DNA of 63,297 nucleotides, the filler included, from Rhabdomonas costata (taxonomy: Eukaryota), in assembly GCA_019059605.1 (NCBI GenBank). It is 31 parts of 31 records of this genome, joined end to end, with 100 filler letters (N's around TTAATTAATTAA, not from the genome) between each part and the next. Parts side by side here need not be neighbours in the genome. Positions count along the whole stretch, not along the records: positions 34,797 to 36,742 come from JAHMHO010007103.1; positions 36,843 to 38,787 come from JAHMHO010007104.1; positions 38,888 to 40,833 come from JAHMHO010007105.1; positions 40,934 to 42,878 come from JAHMHO010007106.1; positions 42,979 to 44,922 come from JAHMHO010007107.1; positions 45,023 to 46,962 come from JAHMHO010007108.1; positions 47,063 to 49,009 come from JAHMHO010007109.1; 24 more parts are not named here. The stretch is one strand, 5' to 3'. Positions 34,797-47,083 of this stretch are shown in pieces. The notes under the pieces are model-generated. The model searched no databases. It saw only the letters and a list, made by a program, of their open reading frames with translations, and was not told the DNA's origin. The translations under genes and the position numbers were made by a program. Positions within the stretch are counted from its first letter, which is position 1. Each line of letters opens with the position of its first letter.

Positions 34797-36644
34797 TTTC
34801 CTCCGCCTCAGGAGACAGATCCACGTCATCCGTGAGAATCGGAAAAACCCCTAGGGCGCACTCCTGAACACGCAAACGCAGCAGTGCTGGGCAACCGAGC
34901 CGGATGTTGAATAAGAACAGACCAGAAGGGCAAAGCGTAAAAATCCGACTTCATTGGAGGAGGAAGTTAATTGCTTGGAGGGGTCTGTACATGCCCTCTA
35001 GCCTTTCACGAAAAAAGCCAACAAAGCCGACACAAGGAAAAAAAAACGAAAACCTCACTATGGTATTCCGACATTAAAACTTGCAAAGCAGAAAGCAGCG
35101 ACGAGGGGAGAAAAACACCACACGCAAACAGCCCACTATCCCTCTTCGCTGCGTCAAGCCGCCGCTCATCTGTGGCGCTCTCCTTTTACCCACATGATCA
35201 CCTATCTTATCGGTGCTTCTGTGTCTTGTCTTCTATGTCCTGGGCAATCAGTGCAAACACAAAAAAAAGGCGTACTGCGCAGGTAAGACCCGCGCTCCAA
35301 AGGTCGGAGGGTGCGCCATGCTTTTCCCCGCGGATTCGCTCAGGACTGCGACAAAAAACATGCATCAAGATTATGTCTGGGTGCCATCCAATCTTCCGGC
35401 ACGATATTCTCCAGCAAACCATATCGATTTGAGTGTGCAAGGTATATGCACAAGGAGAAGCAGAAGAAGCGCAACTGGAGTAAACTCGAACAAAAGCGAA
35501 CAGAATTGGAGTCCCTGGTATTACGTAAGTCCCCCTTCCAATTTTGTCCCCCTTTCCCTCAATGCTGGCATCAGGGATGGTAACAGCCACAAATCAGCGC
35601 GTTCCCTGACCGCACATCACCGAGAGTGGAGCCGCAGGTTGCTCTTACCTCATGTAGGAGGTCGAGCCAATTTGCGTGTTCGCCTGGCCGTGCTGGATCA
35701 AAATCGTGGAAACCCCGAAGTCCGAGATCTTCAGCTGCCCCGCGGTGTTCAGGAGGAGGTTGGAGGGCTGCGTAAACCCACACAACAAAACCTCTTTAAC
35801 AACCTCTTTTAAAAGGCAAGGGAAGGGTCGGCTCCCTTTCCCTTTCCCGACTTTCCCGCTGGTCCTCCCTTGCATACCACTTTTCAGGCACATTGCGGTC
35901 AAACCCTCACGCTGGAAGGGGAAGCAGCAGCACAAGAGAGTGAGAGAGCCGCATGAAGTGGTGACCAGGGGGTGCACGAACGGCCTCGCAGCTTTTTTGG
36001 CCAAAATTTTGGACATCAGGCTTTATGCTGGGACCATAGCTCCGTTGCCAGACAGAAGGTGTACCGAAAGTCTCACCCCAAAGGTGAATAGGTTAGGGGG
36101 CTCTAGCTGCACCTTGATGTCGCGATGCACAATGCCACTGCTGTGGAGGTGGGCAAGCCCGTCGATCATCTGCCGGGTCACAGTGCTGAGGATAGGCATG
36201 GGGAGCGGCCCCACGGTGCGGAGAAGCTGGGACAGGGTTCCCAGGTTCATGTACTCCATAATCACCTGAGAATAGCGGTTTATCCAACCAAAACCATTCA
36301 ATTTGCCCTGGCCACTGCGATGTGAGTGAGTGTGTGAATAATATACCGCCTATACCAGACCAAGCACACCTTCACCCCTCCCCTTCACAAACACATCCGC
36401 CCTTCTTCTTTTGATTGCGTAGCAGCCCGCACCTTGAGCTTCCCGTCAATGAAGAAGGCCTCGACGCTCGACACCACGTTGGGGTGCTTCGCGGCGGCCA
36501 GCCTGGAGAGCTCCGTCTGCAGGGTCTTCTTGTTCACTGTCTTGTGGCCCGTGAGGTCGATGCTCTTCATGGCGTAGATCACCTCCGTCTCCACATGCTT
36601 CACCTTGCGCACAGTGGCCTGGTTGCCCTCCCCGATGATGTGGC
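34797..36644 (-). CDS. MAP kinase kinase (STE7 family), partial (5 exons)
   Basis: Exons 36644-36433, 36265-36113, 35767-35649, 35345-35276 and 34863-34797. Motifs: IGEGNQATV, YAMK, HRDIKPSNLLL, KISDFGVS, GSTSYMSPERI, SDLWSAG, ECALGVFP. Confidence 0.93.
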
Positions 36645-37124
36645 CTGTGCAAACCAGATGGAGTTCACCACTCATTTAAAAAAGAAGGATATGCACAATT
36701 TCCAAATCCCAATCAACTCAACTCCTCAGCACCCCCCCCCACNNNNNNNNNNNNNNNNNNNNNNNNNNNNNNNNNNNNNNNNNNNNTTAATTAATTAANN
36801 NNNNNNNNNNNNNNNNNNNNNNNNNNNNNNNNNNNNNNNNNNTTTTTGTGTTCCATTTATAATGCATTTTGTCATTTTTGCCATTTTGTCATCCAGCAAA
36901 GGAAATTTCGGCTTTGCATACCTCACCGGAACCAAGTTTTTCGTCTTTCCAAAGAAAAAATAATGGGTCATCAAATAATGGATCAACGAGGACCTTGATT
37001 CATTTGATCCGTTGGTATCCATTCATCAATTCTTAATACTTTTAAGGTTTCAGGTTCTGCCTGAGAACTGAGAAAATGATCAACCGTGGGTGGGGGGCTG
37101 TAGTTCCCTCTCTCATGGACACAG

Positions 37125-37324
37125 GGCGTATGCGGTACATGAAGAAGGCCGCCCACGCGGATACTCGCCGTACGCTCCGCAACAACCGCCGCGTGTACCA
37201 GAAGGTGAAGACCATCCACAACCGCCCCACAACATCGCAGAAGAAGAAGCTGCTGCGCGAGAAGAAGAAGAAGGAGGCTGACAAGGCGAAGCGCGCTGCC
37301 GCGAAGGCCGCCGGAAAGAAGTAG
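37125..37324 (+). CDS. RPL37: 60S ribosomal protein eL37, last exon, with Lys-rich C-terminal extension
   Basis: cag|(G)RMRYMKK matches the eL37 TGRMRYLK motif; strongly biased codon usage; stop at 37322-37324. Confidence 0.65.
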
Positions 37325-38887
37325 AGCGGAAACAATGGATAGCTCTCGTTTTTTTCCAAACAGGTGTGAACGTGGTGGCACGTTTTATGTGGCGGTGAGT
37401 TTCAGCTGCTGTTCGGAGAAAAGTGAAAAAATATTATTATATTAGGTGTTATTCTTCCTAAACCCTTCCTAACCTCACTGTTTAACATCGCAGTTTAGGA
37501 TTTCCAGTTCGCAGCCCCGCGCGGATATTCCGAGATATGGCTAAACGCTCTCCCCAAGTTTTTGGCCTTGCAGCTTTTCTGACGTTTGCATTTTGCCCCG
37601 AAAGAAAATGGCGACCGAGTTTTAAAAAGGGGCCGTCACGGTGGAAAAAAGGACAATAATTGGAATTCACTAAAACGCCCGCTCCCCACCCCCATGATAT
37701 GGTCGTCGTTCAAAAGTCAAACAACGACCATTTTTTCCCCCATTTTTCCTGTTTTTGTCCTAATTTAGGGCATTTTCCACTACAAATCTGTTCCAGTCCA
37801 ATCTTGATGGCAAAACCTTGATGGCACAATGTCCCTCAGGGACCTGCGCCTTGCTGGCCTATCTATTGACGAGGAGGAAGCAACCGAGTTTCAGAATTGT
37901 CCTTTCAAGCCCCCTTTATTTCGAGTTTTTCATATTAAATGATGGCGCTTTTTGACACCCCCGAAACTGAGAAATAAGGCCGTTGCGCACTGTGCCACGG
38001 ATGTTGGTGAAGAAGGATGTGGATGAAGCCAAAAATGTTGTGAACGGGTTAAAGGGACTGCGGCGCTGACACGGAGAAAAAACAGAAAAAACGTCAGTTT
38101 CGGTTCAGTGCCCTGCCTTTCAAACTGTTGCCGCTCAAGGTCGGAGTTCCCGCGTCGCGAAGCGCACAAGTGCGTTCGGCGCACACAAAAACCAAACACA
38201 GGTACCGTCGCAGGAAGCACGGAGATTTTGGGTGTGACGGTTTCGACGGGCCCAGGGGTTAAACCAAAGAAAAACAACCAAATTCCGCAAAAAAATTAAT
38301 CCGCATTTTTCGAAAACCCGCGGCAAGGAACCACCGGAGGACGCGCCATTCCTAAAACGGACTTTTCTTTCTCGGGTTTTCCTTGGTTTTTAATCGGCTG
38401 CGGCTTGTCAATCTCACGCTGCCGCCTTCGGGCAGCCCATTTGGTAAGCCTTCGGGCGTCATGGCGGCTGGCCGGCGGCGCCGGCCGGCACCTGGGCGCA
38501 GACGGCCAAAAATAGGATTCCAACCTTGTCATCTCTCAACGTTCAGTTTGGTTGGCGCCATCATGGTAAAAAGCCCGCGGGATATTGCAATTTCTTTTTG
38601 GTCGAGCAACCCGTTGCGCAAGATGGCTTTGAGAAAATCGGAAATTCTTTTTTTGCGGTGCCGCCGGCGGAGCTTGCATTATAAAAGCCTTGCTTTTGCG
38701 GTAACGGCCGCGGCACAACCCACAACAGTCCAAAGCAACGCCCCAGCACACACAAACCGGACCAACCAGGTCCCGCGTTTTAAAACCNNNNNNNNNNNNN
38801 NNNNNNNNNNNNNNNNNNNNNNNNNNNNNNNTTAATTAATTAANNNNNNNNNNNNNNNNNNNNNNNNNNNNNNNNNNNNNNNNNNNN

Positions 38888-39070
38888 GGTGGGTGGGGTT
38901 GCCAACTGCTCGATGAGATGCTGCTGGGCTTGGGCAATGCGCTCTGAGAACATCTGCTGCGCCGCAAGCATCTCACCTTGCATTCGCTGCATTGATTGCA
39001 ACGGAGCGACCGCTGCTTGCGCGATGATCTGAGCGAGCAGCGCAGTGGTGAGGGAAACGGTCCCTCCTGG
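38888..39070 (-). CDS. Hypothetical helical Gln/Ala-rich protein exon
   Basis: Open frame PGGTVSLTTALLAQIIAQAAVAPLQSMQRMQGEMLAAQQMFSERIAQAQQHLIEQL after a tag| acceptor. Confidence 0.35.
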
Positions 39071-40933
39071 CTAAGGTGGTCCACTCACTAATTGCAATGA
39101 TTGATTTATTAGCCCTTTAGGTGGAAAATGGAGCGATCATAACCCAATTAAGCTGGGGGCTTTTTTCGCAACGAAATAATGGAAGGGAAGCGGCCCAATC
39201 CCGAATTTGTTTGACGGGTAGGTTCGGTTCTTTCACATCTGTCTGCCTGTAAAACAAGATACAAAGAACAGAAACTGCAGGGGGGTTTATAAACTATGGC
39301 TATGACCACTGTCCTGTTTCGCAGAAAACAAACACTGGGGGAAAAATAGAATATTCCAACAGCTGGCGCACGACACCTTGTCAGCAACACCGGTTTCGTT
39401 CTGAGATTGGCAAACGACGCCTCGCCCTGGGCAAACCCGAGGCTTCCTCCGCTTTCGGCGGCTTGGCGAGCGACGCCTTGCCTCGGAAAAGTGGGAAACC
39501 GGCGTAGGTTGTAACTGTTTAGTCTGATACCAGGTGTGGCTGATTAGGACCTCAGAGGACGAATGGCACACCGCCGAAGAAAGATTAACAATAAAAATAT
39601 AATTTGGTTTCAGGACAAATCAACACACACAAACTGTTTAGAACGCACAAGAATTATAAAAAACCCAATTTTCTTGGGATTTTGCCCCGTGGTTCTCCTT
39701 CTCTCTAGCTCATTCGGTCCCGGAAGGGCCTTGGAAAAGACGAAGTCGAAGGCAACAAACGGTGGATGTCCATCAAAAGGGTGCACAGCGTACCACAGAG
39801 CACAAAGGCAAGCAACAGCACAACCAAAGATTAAAAGGGAACCGCTTTGACATTGAAATTCCAGCGCCTGTCCCACCATACCCCGGTGGGCCGGAATCCT
39901 TTGCCCCAAGGGGCTTGGCATTCCATACCTACGGCACATTGTGCCCGACTGTCTTGTTGCGGCCATTTTTCTCCCTGATTGCATTTTGCTTCCTGGCCGT
40001 CGCCGGGAATGAAGAGCGTTTTCATCTCAATGGCAACCTTATGGGGGATTTTATCTCTATCCCTTGCTGATTGGACCGAGCAGCGGTCCGCATCTCTTGG
40101 TATTAGTTTCCGAGTTTCCGAGCGGAGCAGCCATCCAGGTAGCTGGTTACCAAGCCGGTTTGTGTCAGAAGAGAGATTAGTGGGGTAGTGCGTGGCATTG
40201 GCTTGTGCCAAAAACTTTCCAAACATCGGGGCGGGAGGCCAAGTTTGAGGAGTAATGTGATGGCGCGAGATCCCACTGCACCACAAAAGCGGGGCACACT
40301 CAACGGGAAAACGCCGATGCTGTGTGAAGACGAGGAGGCAACACCCTACCATAGAAGCACATGATGTTACACATTTTGGACGTCAGTCTGACTTTCCGGC
40401 CGTTCATTCTCCGGTGGGTTTAAATCGCAAAGTCAAAGCTGAAGACGTTGTGGATGCACTGAGATCCTCTGAAAAAAGATTACCGCACGGACAAGTATCA
40501 CTCCTTGCCACATTCTGTCGTCCATACGCCAAATTGCCTCGGATCGCTATGATCTCTGTGAAGCCCTGCGCCTTTTTACTACGATAAAAATGAGCGTTTG
40601 CCTACATTGTAACTTTTCCCAGATCATTTCTGTGTCACTTGTTGTTCCATTATTGAATAAGATGCAGACCAATACCTCCTCCTGGGTATAATTTGCAAAA
40701 TCTTGTTGATTATGGGGCTGGTGGATAAAGTCAGGCCACCACTATTACATGCAGATTGCGGTTATGGTGAAGATGTATACTAAGCTAATCACCGTGGATG
40801 TAAGCCAATTTTTACGTGAATTCCAAACCACAANNNNNNNNNNNNNNNNNNNNNNNNNNNNNNNNNNNNNNNNNNNNTTAATTAATTAANNNNNNNNNNN
40901 NNNNNNNNNNNNNNNNNNNNNNNNNNNNNNNNN

Positions 40934-42288
40934 AGGAGCCAACGTGCCGGCCTCCGCCGTGTACAAGGCAGCGATTGCCAACTCCTATGCCAACTATGGT
41001 GTGCGCACGTTGCTGGCGATTGGGGGCTGGTCCTACCGTAACGACTTCGCCTTCCTGGCCACGATGACCGCGGCGCAGCTGACGACGTGGGCGGGGCAGG
41101 TCAAGTCCTGGGTGGACCTGTTCGGTGCCCACGGCATTGACATCGACTACGAGGCCAAGACCGCCGCGCAGTGGCAGAGCGAGCTGGTACAGCTGCTAGT
41201 TTTTTGTTTGTGGGGTTGTTTGCGCACGTACGGATTGCTTTTTCTGTCTGTCTGCTTGGAGGGGTCTTTTCACAAGCTCCGGTCCATTTTTCCCGCAACG
41301 AAACGAGGTACCTGCCTCGGCACCGGACTGGAGCCAGACCGCTGTCACAGGTAATTTTGAGCTGGAGTGCAGCTTAGCTGATTTCCCTTTCGGTTGTGGG
41401 GCAGCTTATTGCTTGATATTTTCGTTTGTGTCTATTTCTTTGCGTGCCTGTTCACCCTAGTGATAACACCATGAGTCAGATTTTGCGTTGGTATCTCAGA
41501 GCCGTGCACACTGGTCCACAGATTGTCCACGAGGAAGTGAAACGGTGCAGCGCTCCTTTTTTGGACTACAAGCAGGAACGGCTTTTCTGCATTGTACAGT
41601 TGCAAGGGTTACACTTTTGCTTTCGTTGGAAGAGGTTTTCCTTGGCGTCCCGAGTCCCTGGCGCAGACCTGCGAAACGGCCGCGTGTGCTTGAGGCCGCA
41701 CCGATCTCTGCTTGTTCCGTGCAAACGTCTTCCCTCCCCATGGTTCTCTGCGGTTTACCCTCCTGCAGGACCAAACCAACGTCCTGCACTACCTGCGCGT
41801 GGCTATGCCTGCGAGCAAGTACCTCATCACGTTCACCGTGGGCGGGCTTGCCGCTGCTTACGGCACCCCGAGCTCTGTGCAGGCGGCATTCAACCCTCCC
41901 CTCTCCCAGGCCTACCCCAATGCCGGTGTCGCGCTGAGCGTGATTCAAGCCAACTGGGCGGACATCGACCGGGTGCAGCTGATGACCTACGACGGCGAGC
42001 CCAACATGGACCCCCGGGTGTGCGCGAAGCTCGCCGTGCAAGCCTTCACGTCGTGGGGCAAGGCCGCTTCGGAGGCCGCGGCGAAGCTGCTGGTGGGCGC
42101 GGAGCTGGGCTCGCAGTTCGGGGGCTGCTCTGGCACGGCCTTGGGGTGGTGCACCCAAGAGGACAAGGTGGGGCTGCTGGCCAGCGACGTGGTGGCCAAG
42201 GGCTACGGCGGGCTGTTCTACTGGTCCAACCTGGACGCCTCCCAGTCGATCCCGATCTACCGCTCCACCTACTCCGTCGTGCACAGTG
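40934..42288 (+). CDS. Glycoside hydrolase family 18 (chitinase-like), partial (2 exons)
   Basis: Exons 40934-41186 and 41769-~42288. LLAIGGWS, HGIDIDYE (catalytic DxDxE), VQLMTYD, KLLVG and GYGGLFYW. Confidence 0.88.
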
Positions 42289-43311
42289 GCATGCTATGTG
42301 TGCTTTTCTCGGGATCGGGCGTACGTTTTTTCGTTTTCTTTTATTTTGCCGTGGCCTTGCCTTCACAGCATTTTTTGATTTGCGGAATCACATTTAAGAT
42401 GGGGCTGGGATGGGGGAAACTGTAGGTACGCCGTGCTGCATTCCATCGTGCAGTGGGCGAAGCTGCGGGTCGGATGGTGTGCTTGTGTGTACTCTGCTTT
42501 CTCTGTCTGTCGTCAGTCTGTCATTGTGCTGTGGCTTCGCCCCGACCCTAACCTCAGCGCATCTGGGCAGTTGAAATCAGTCCGAGCAATTAGCGGTATT
42601 TCCTCCACGACCTGTGTGCTGGCATGCCGCGGGAAGGCCTGCGGCAGTGATGTAGTGCGCCATATGTTTTTTTTGCTTGCCGATGGTTGAATTTCGATTT
42701 CCCATCTCCCTCGCAGGATTGTGCGCATTTCGAGCCCGAAGAAAGGGAGAGGGGGGAGTTCGCCTTGCTTCAAACTCAGGTCCACAGCCCTGTGACCGAT
42801 TCCAGGTCCTGCCGTTTAGATTCCTCGACAAGCCCTCATCAGCTTCTTTGGGCGATGCCGCTGCTCCCCCCCAACACANNNNNNNNNNNNNNNNNNNNNN
42901 NNNNNNNNNNNNNNNNNNNNNNTTAATTAATTAANNNNNNNNNNNNNNNNNNNNNNNNNNNNNNNNNNNNNNNNNNNNTGTGTTTTGGCATGACTCTGAG
43001 TCGACTTGTATGGTAGTAAAGTAGAGCCCGACTTCTCCCGCATTCCCCATTGGCTGTGTTGGTGCTGCTCTCCAGGCGTGATATTTGGCAACTTCACGTG
43101 TTCGGGTATCTATCTTGGTGGGGGGATATTTCTCAAGCGATTAAAGCAGGCGGGCGCCATGGTTTGTCAGTTGCCGCAGGTCATTTCTGAGGGCACAAGA
43201 TACGTTCAGCAGCCTTCCCCGAACGCTAGCGGCAACTTTGGTGTGCATCAGCAACAATTACATTAGGAAGATAAACCGCAGGCACGCATACACACATGCA
43301 TACACGCGCAG

Positions 43312-44581
43312 ATGGGCTAGCATTGCTACCTACGTCGGCACGAAGTCCCCGGAGCAGGTGCTGCGGAAGCTGAAGGAGCTAACCAGCCAGCTCAACGACG
43401 CCACCCCGCCATCCAAGCCTCGGGAGATCCGCCAGGCATCGCCCCTTTCGCTTCGTGAGTTTCGACGGTGCTGTCCTATTGTTGCACTATGCCACTTTGC
43501 CGTGGAGTTGGAAACCAAGATGTGTAGCCCTCGAGGCGTTGAATAATTATTCTCGTAGTATTCTTTTACATGGTAGTTAAGGCTCTTGGGTGCTGCTTTT
43601 GTCGTGTTATCTCTCGAATGTATTCACAGGAGATGGTGGCTGCAAAATGAGTGCGATGGGCTTAGACTCTTCCGACTTTACCTAACCGCCCTACAAAAAA
43701 TGAATTCATTGCGAGCGTGCTGGCATGCTTTACCTGACCTTTAATGTAGTTTAATTTAGTTATTTTTGCAAAAGTGTTTGGACAGCTTTCTGTTACCACT
43801 GGTATCTGTTACCGTTGGGTCGCAAATCGCAACCACTACATCGTCACTGCGGAGCCGTGCGCAGCGTGCATCATCAATTCTCGGCGCGAATCGCCGGCTC
43901 AGGTTAGCCGAAAGGTGATGTGCGTGGCCCTGTTCCTGTTGCAGGGAGATACAAAGGTGAAGAAGGCAGACCCTGAGGCCGGTGCCTCCGCCTCTACCGC
44001 CACTAGCAGCGGGGATGCCAGCAGTGGCGCAACCGCTGCCGTCGAGGAACTGTGGGCACTGCACCAGCAGCGGCAGCTTGAGGAAGCCCTGCGGCAGCTG
44101 AAAGACTACAAAGAGAAGGTCTTTACACACAAGCACGCCCGCACATACACATCAGCCCCCTCCCTCCACACTGTGTGGAATGTGCTGATCATATATCTTG
44201 ACGTGAATGTCAACGATTCACTTATTGAATTGATCCGGGTGCTTCAAGGAATCAACGACAGACAGCGTGTCATGCATTCAGGTTCAGAGCTCTGTGCGTA
44301 TCAGAGATTTCAGAATAACTACGAGGTAAGTTCTGAATATCATGTGTTTGTTGGTTGGTTCGCTATTTCTCCATGTACTACCGGAGCCACCAGTCAATTG
44401 GCAGTTTCCATTGATGCCCCCTCCGAATAGATTGCTCCGTACCAGCACTTAGTCCCATTTTAATGCTCAATCTCCACTAAAGGATAAGTGGGACAAAGTG
44501 GCCGCCATGGTCGAGGGGAAGACGAGGAAGCAGGTAATTGAGCGGTACAAGTACCTTGCGGAGATGTTCAAGAAGAAGTGA
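43312..44581 (+). CDS. DNAJC2/MPP11-like chaperone, C-terminal SANT domains (3 exons)
   Basis: Exons 43312-43435, 43945-44118 and 44483-44581 give RWASIATYVGTKSPEQV...WALHQQRQLEEALRQL...DKWDKVAAMVEGKTRKQVIERYKYLAEMFKKK*. Confidence 0.78.
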
Positions 44582-45222
44582 GGTCTGGCCCTGCGACGCG
44601 GGGCCACGCCAGCATCTGCCTCACAGCTTTGGTGAGGCGACACAGTGCTGGAACCCAACTTTCCTCTGTGGACATCTTTGAGTCACATTTGCTCCATTGG
44701 CACCGTTGGCACCATTCGGATGCGATGTTGTGCTCTGTCGCTACTTTTCACCTGTGAAGCCTTCAAGTTCTTCGCCTTTGAACAGTTCGACTGTCCGTAC
44801 TGGAGAGTGGAGAAATCATTCCCTGGTGTCGGATAGTAATGGATTTTTTTACGAGGTTTTCGCGCCACTGAATGAATTGCTAAATTTTGAAGAGCATTCA
44901 TTTCCTGGCGCGAAAACCTCAANNNNNNNNNNNNNNNNNNNNNNNNNNNNNNNNNNNNNNNNNNNNTTAATTAATTAANNNNNNNNNNNNNNNNNNNNNN
45001 NNNNNNNNNNNNNNNNNNNNNNTGTGTTTTAGTCTCATTCGGAGAAATTAGTGGCGATGTTCGGGGTCTTCGAAATGGCGTTTCCCCTGTGCTCCAAAGG
45101 GGTGCTTTGATGAGGTTCTGCCACTGGTTGTCTTGTCTGTTGCCTTTGGAAGGTAAGATGACATTGAAAGGCAAGAGGGCTTTGACGACTCGCAAAATAG
45201 GGCGATCCAGAACAAAAAGCAC

Positions 45223-45351
45223 CGCCATCAACGAAGATTTGTCCTCCAGATCCCTTGCTCTGCCTTTTCCCTCCTCCGTTCTTTCGTATCCCACCACACC
45301 GCTTTCCGGGCTTCGATCTGTCGTTTGCCCTTCACCAGCGGCCTTTCCGTC
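45223..45351 (-). CDS. Hypothetical protein exon
   Basis: Pyrimidine tract and caag|, then DGKAAGEGQTTDRSPESG...DLEDKSSLMA|gtgctt. Confidence 0.3.
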
Positions 45352-47083
45352 CTTGGGAAAGAAAAGAGCGAAGGCTTGTGGCCTTCTGGTACGCTCATTC
45401 TGAAGACTTGCCGAACGACGTTGGGAGTGTAGCTCGAGTTTTCGTGTATTTTCTGCCGACATTCATCGCGGTGGACACTTTTAATCGTTATACTCAGTAC
45501 GGTTATACTCAGTACAGTCTAATGCACAGCTAACACCAGTTTCTGCCTCGTAACTGTCGAAACGTGGCTTGGAAGAGGTTTAAAGCAAAAATACGGGTGA
45601 AATCCAGATGCTTCTGTATACCAGCGAGCTCGGTTGACCAAATTTCTGGTGATTTACTTCTCAGAACAACGGGATGTCTTCATTATTTTCAGCTCAGTGT
45701 AGATTTTTCTCCCCCGAAAAACCTCTAGTAAGTCCGAAAGTGTCTCATTTTTTGCACAAAAAAGGCACACCAAAAGAGAGCCTCATGTTAGCCAAATAAA
45801 AGTGTCCACCGCGATATAATGATATTATAGTACAAGTCATAGGAGAGTGATACTATAGTATAATGGCTACAATACCCCATTATTGCTAAAGATAGTTACA
45901 CCCCAAAACTCAGAGGAACATGTGTGACCCATTTAAACCTCCTCGGATCCTATATAATTACCATCGTCAACAGCAGAATGATCATATGGCACCCGCGATT
46001 GCCCCTGCTATTTATGTTCGCACTGGCATCAAGAAGAGAACTTGTTTTGTGCTGGCATGCGCCGCAGGCAAGAGAAAAATTGGGAATTTTTTTTTTGCAC
46101 CCAGCGGGAATGCTATCGCATCGCGAATTCAGGCTGTGTGGCGTATTGTATTCACACGGGTAGTTTTAGTCTGCTTGATGAGCATAAAACAGTAGAAAAA
46201 AAAGAAGCATTATGCGGTTCTGAGTTGATGTACGTGCCCCCTCGATTCCAACAGAAGCTTTTGCCGGGGGATAAAAAGGCAATGCACATGTCCCCTGGAA
46301 TTCCAGCAGATATTTGCAGGATGTTAGCAGGCGATGTGCATGTTTCCATGTTTCCAGCATGTCTTGACGAAAGATGTTCATGCTCCCTGCAGCTCTCCAA
46401 GGGAAACCGCTGCATGCGTGTGTCCGCGTTTCCGCGGGCACGTGTGATGCACGCCTCCAAACAAAAGTTCATGGCCGCATACGCGGAAAGGCAGCAACAC
46501 AAAACCCATGGGACCTGTATCGGTGGCAGTGCTTGTAAGCGTCGGCGTGGAGGTGGACCCTCCCCCTGGTGCAGAAAGGAAAGCAGATGGTGTTTCGTTC
46601 ACCTTCCAATGCACGAACCATCCTCAATGCGACGTCTCCTTTCCGAAGACTGTCAGCTTCTTTTTCTTACAGCCCATAAAACCAACTGCCGATGTGTCAC
46701 CGCGACTTGAGCTCATGCTCGTTCACGAACAAAACCCACAACAACACACAAAACATACAGCAAGATGTGCTTAAGAGCTATCAGAGCCTTGCAAAACAAA
46801 GCTATAGTCCCATGAATATCTCAGCTGCCTGACAACATACCGATGATGATTAGCCAAAAGCAACAGCAGAGAGGACGCACCCGAGCACGTGGAGGAAGTG
46901 GTACACGTTTGGAGGCAAACGGCTCAACCAATATCGTTCTTGCAGCAAACAACACCCAACAANNNNNNNNNNNNNNNNNNNNNNNNNNNNNNNNNNNNNN
47001 NNNNNNTTAATTAATTAANNNNNNNNNNNNNNNNNNNNNNNNNNNNNNNNNNNNNNNNNNNNGTGTTGTTTGTGCTCCTTCAG

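Noticed and set aside
41426-42397. Long overlapping ORFs (323 aa on +, 262 aa on -)
   Set aside because: These are shadow frames of the GC-rich GH18 exon.
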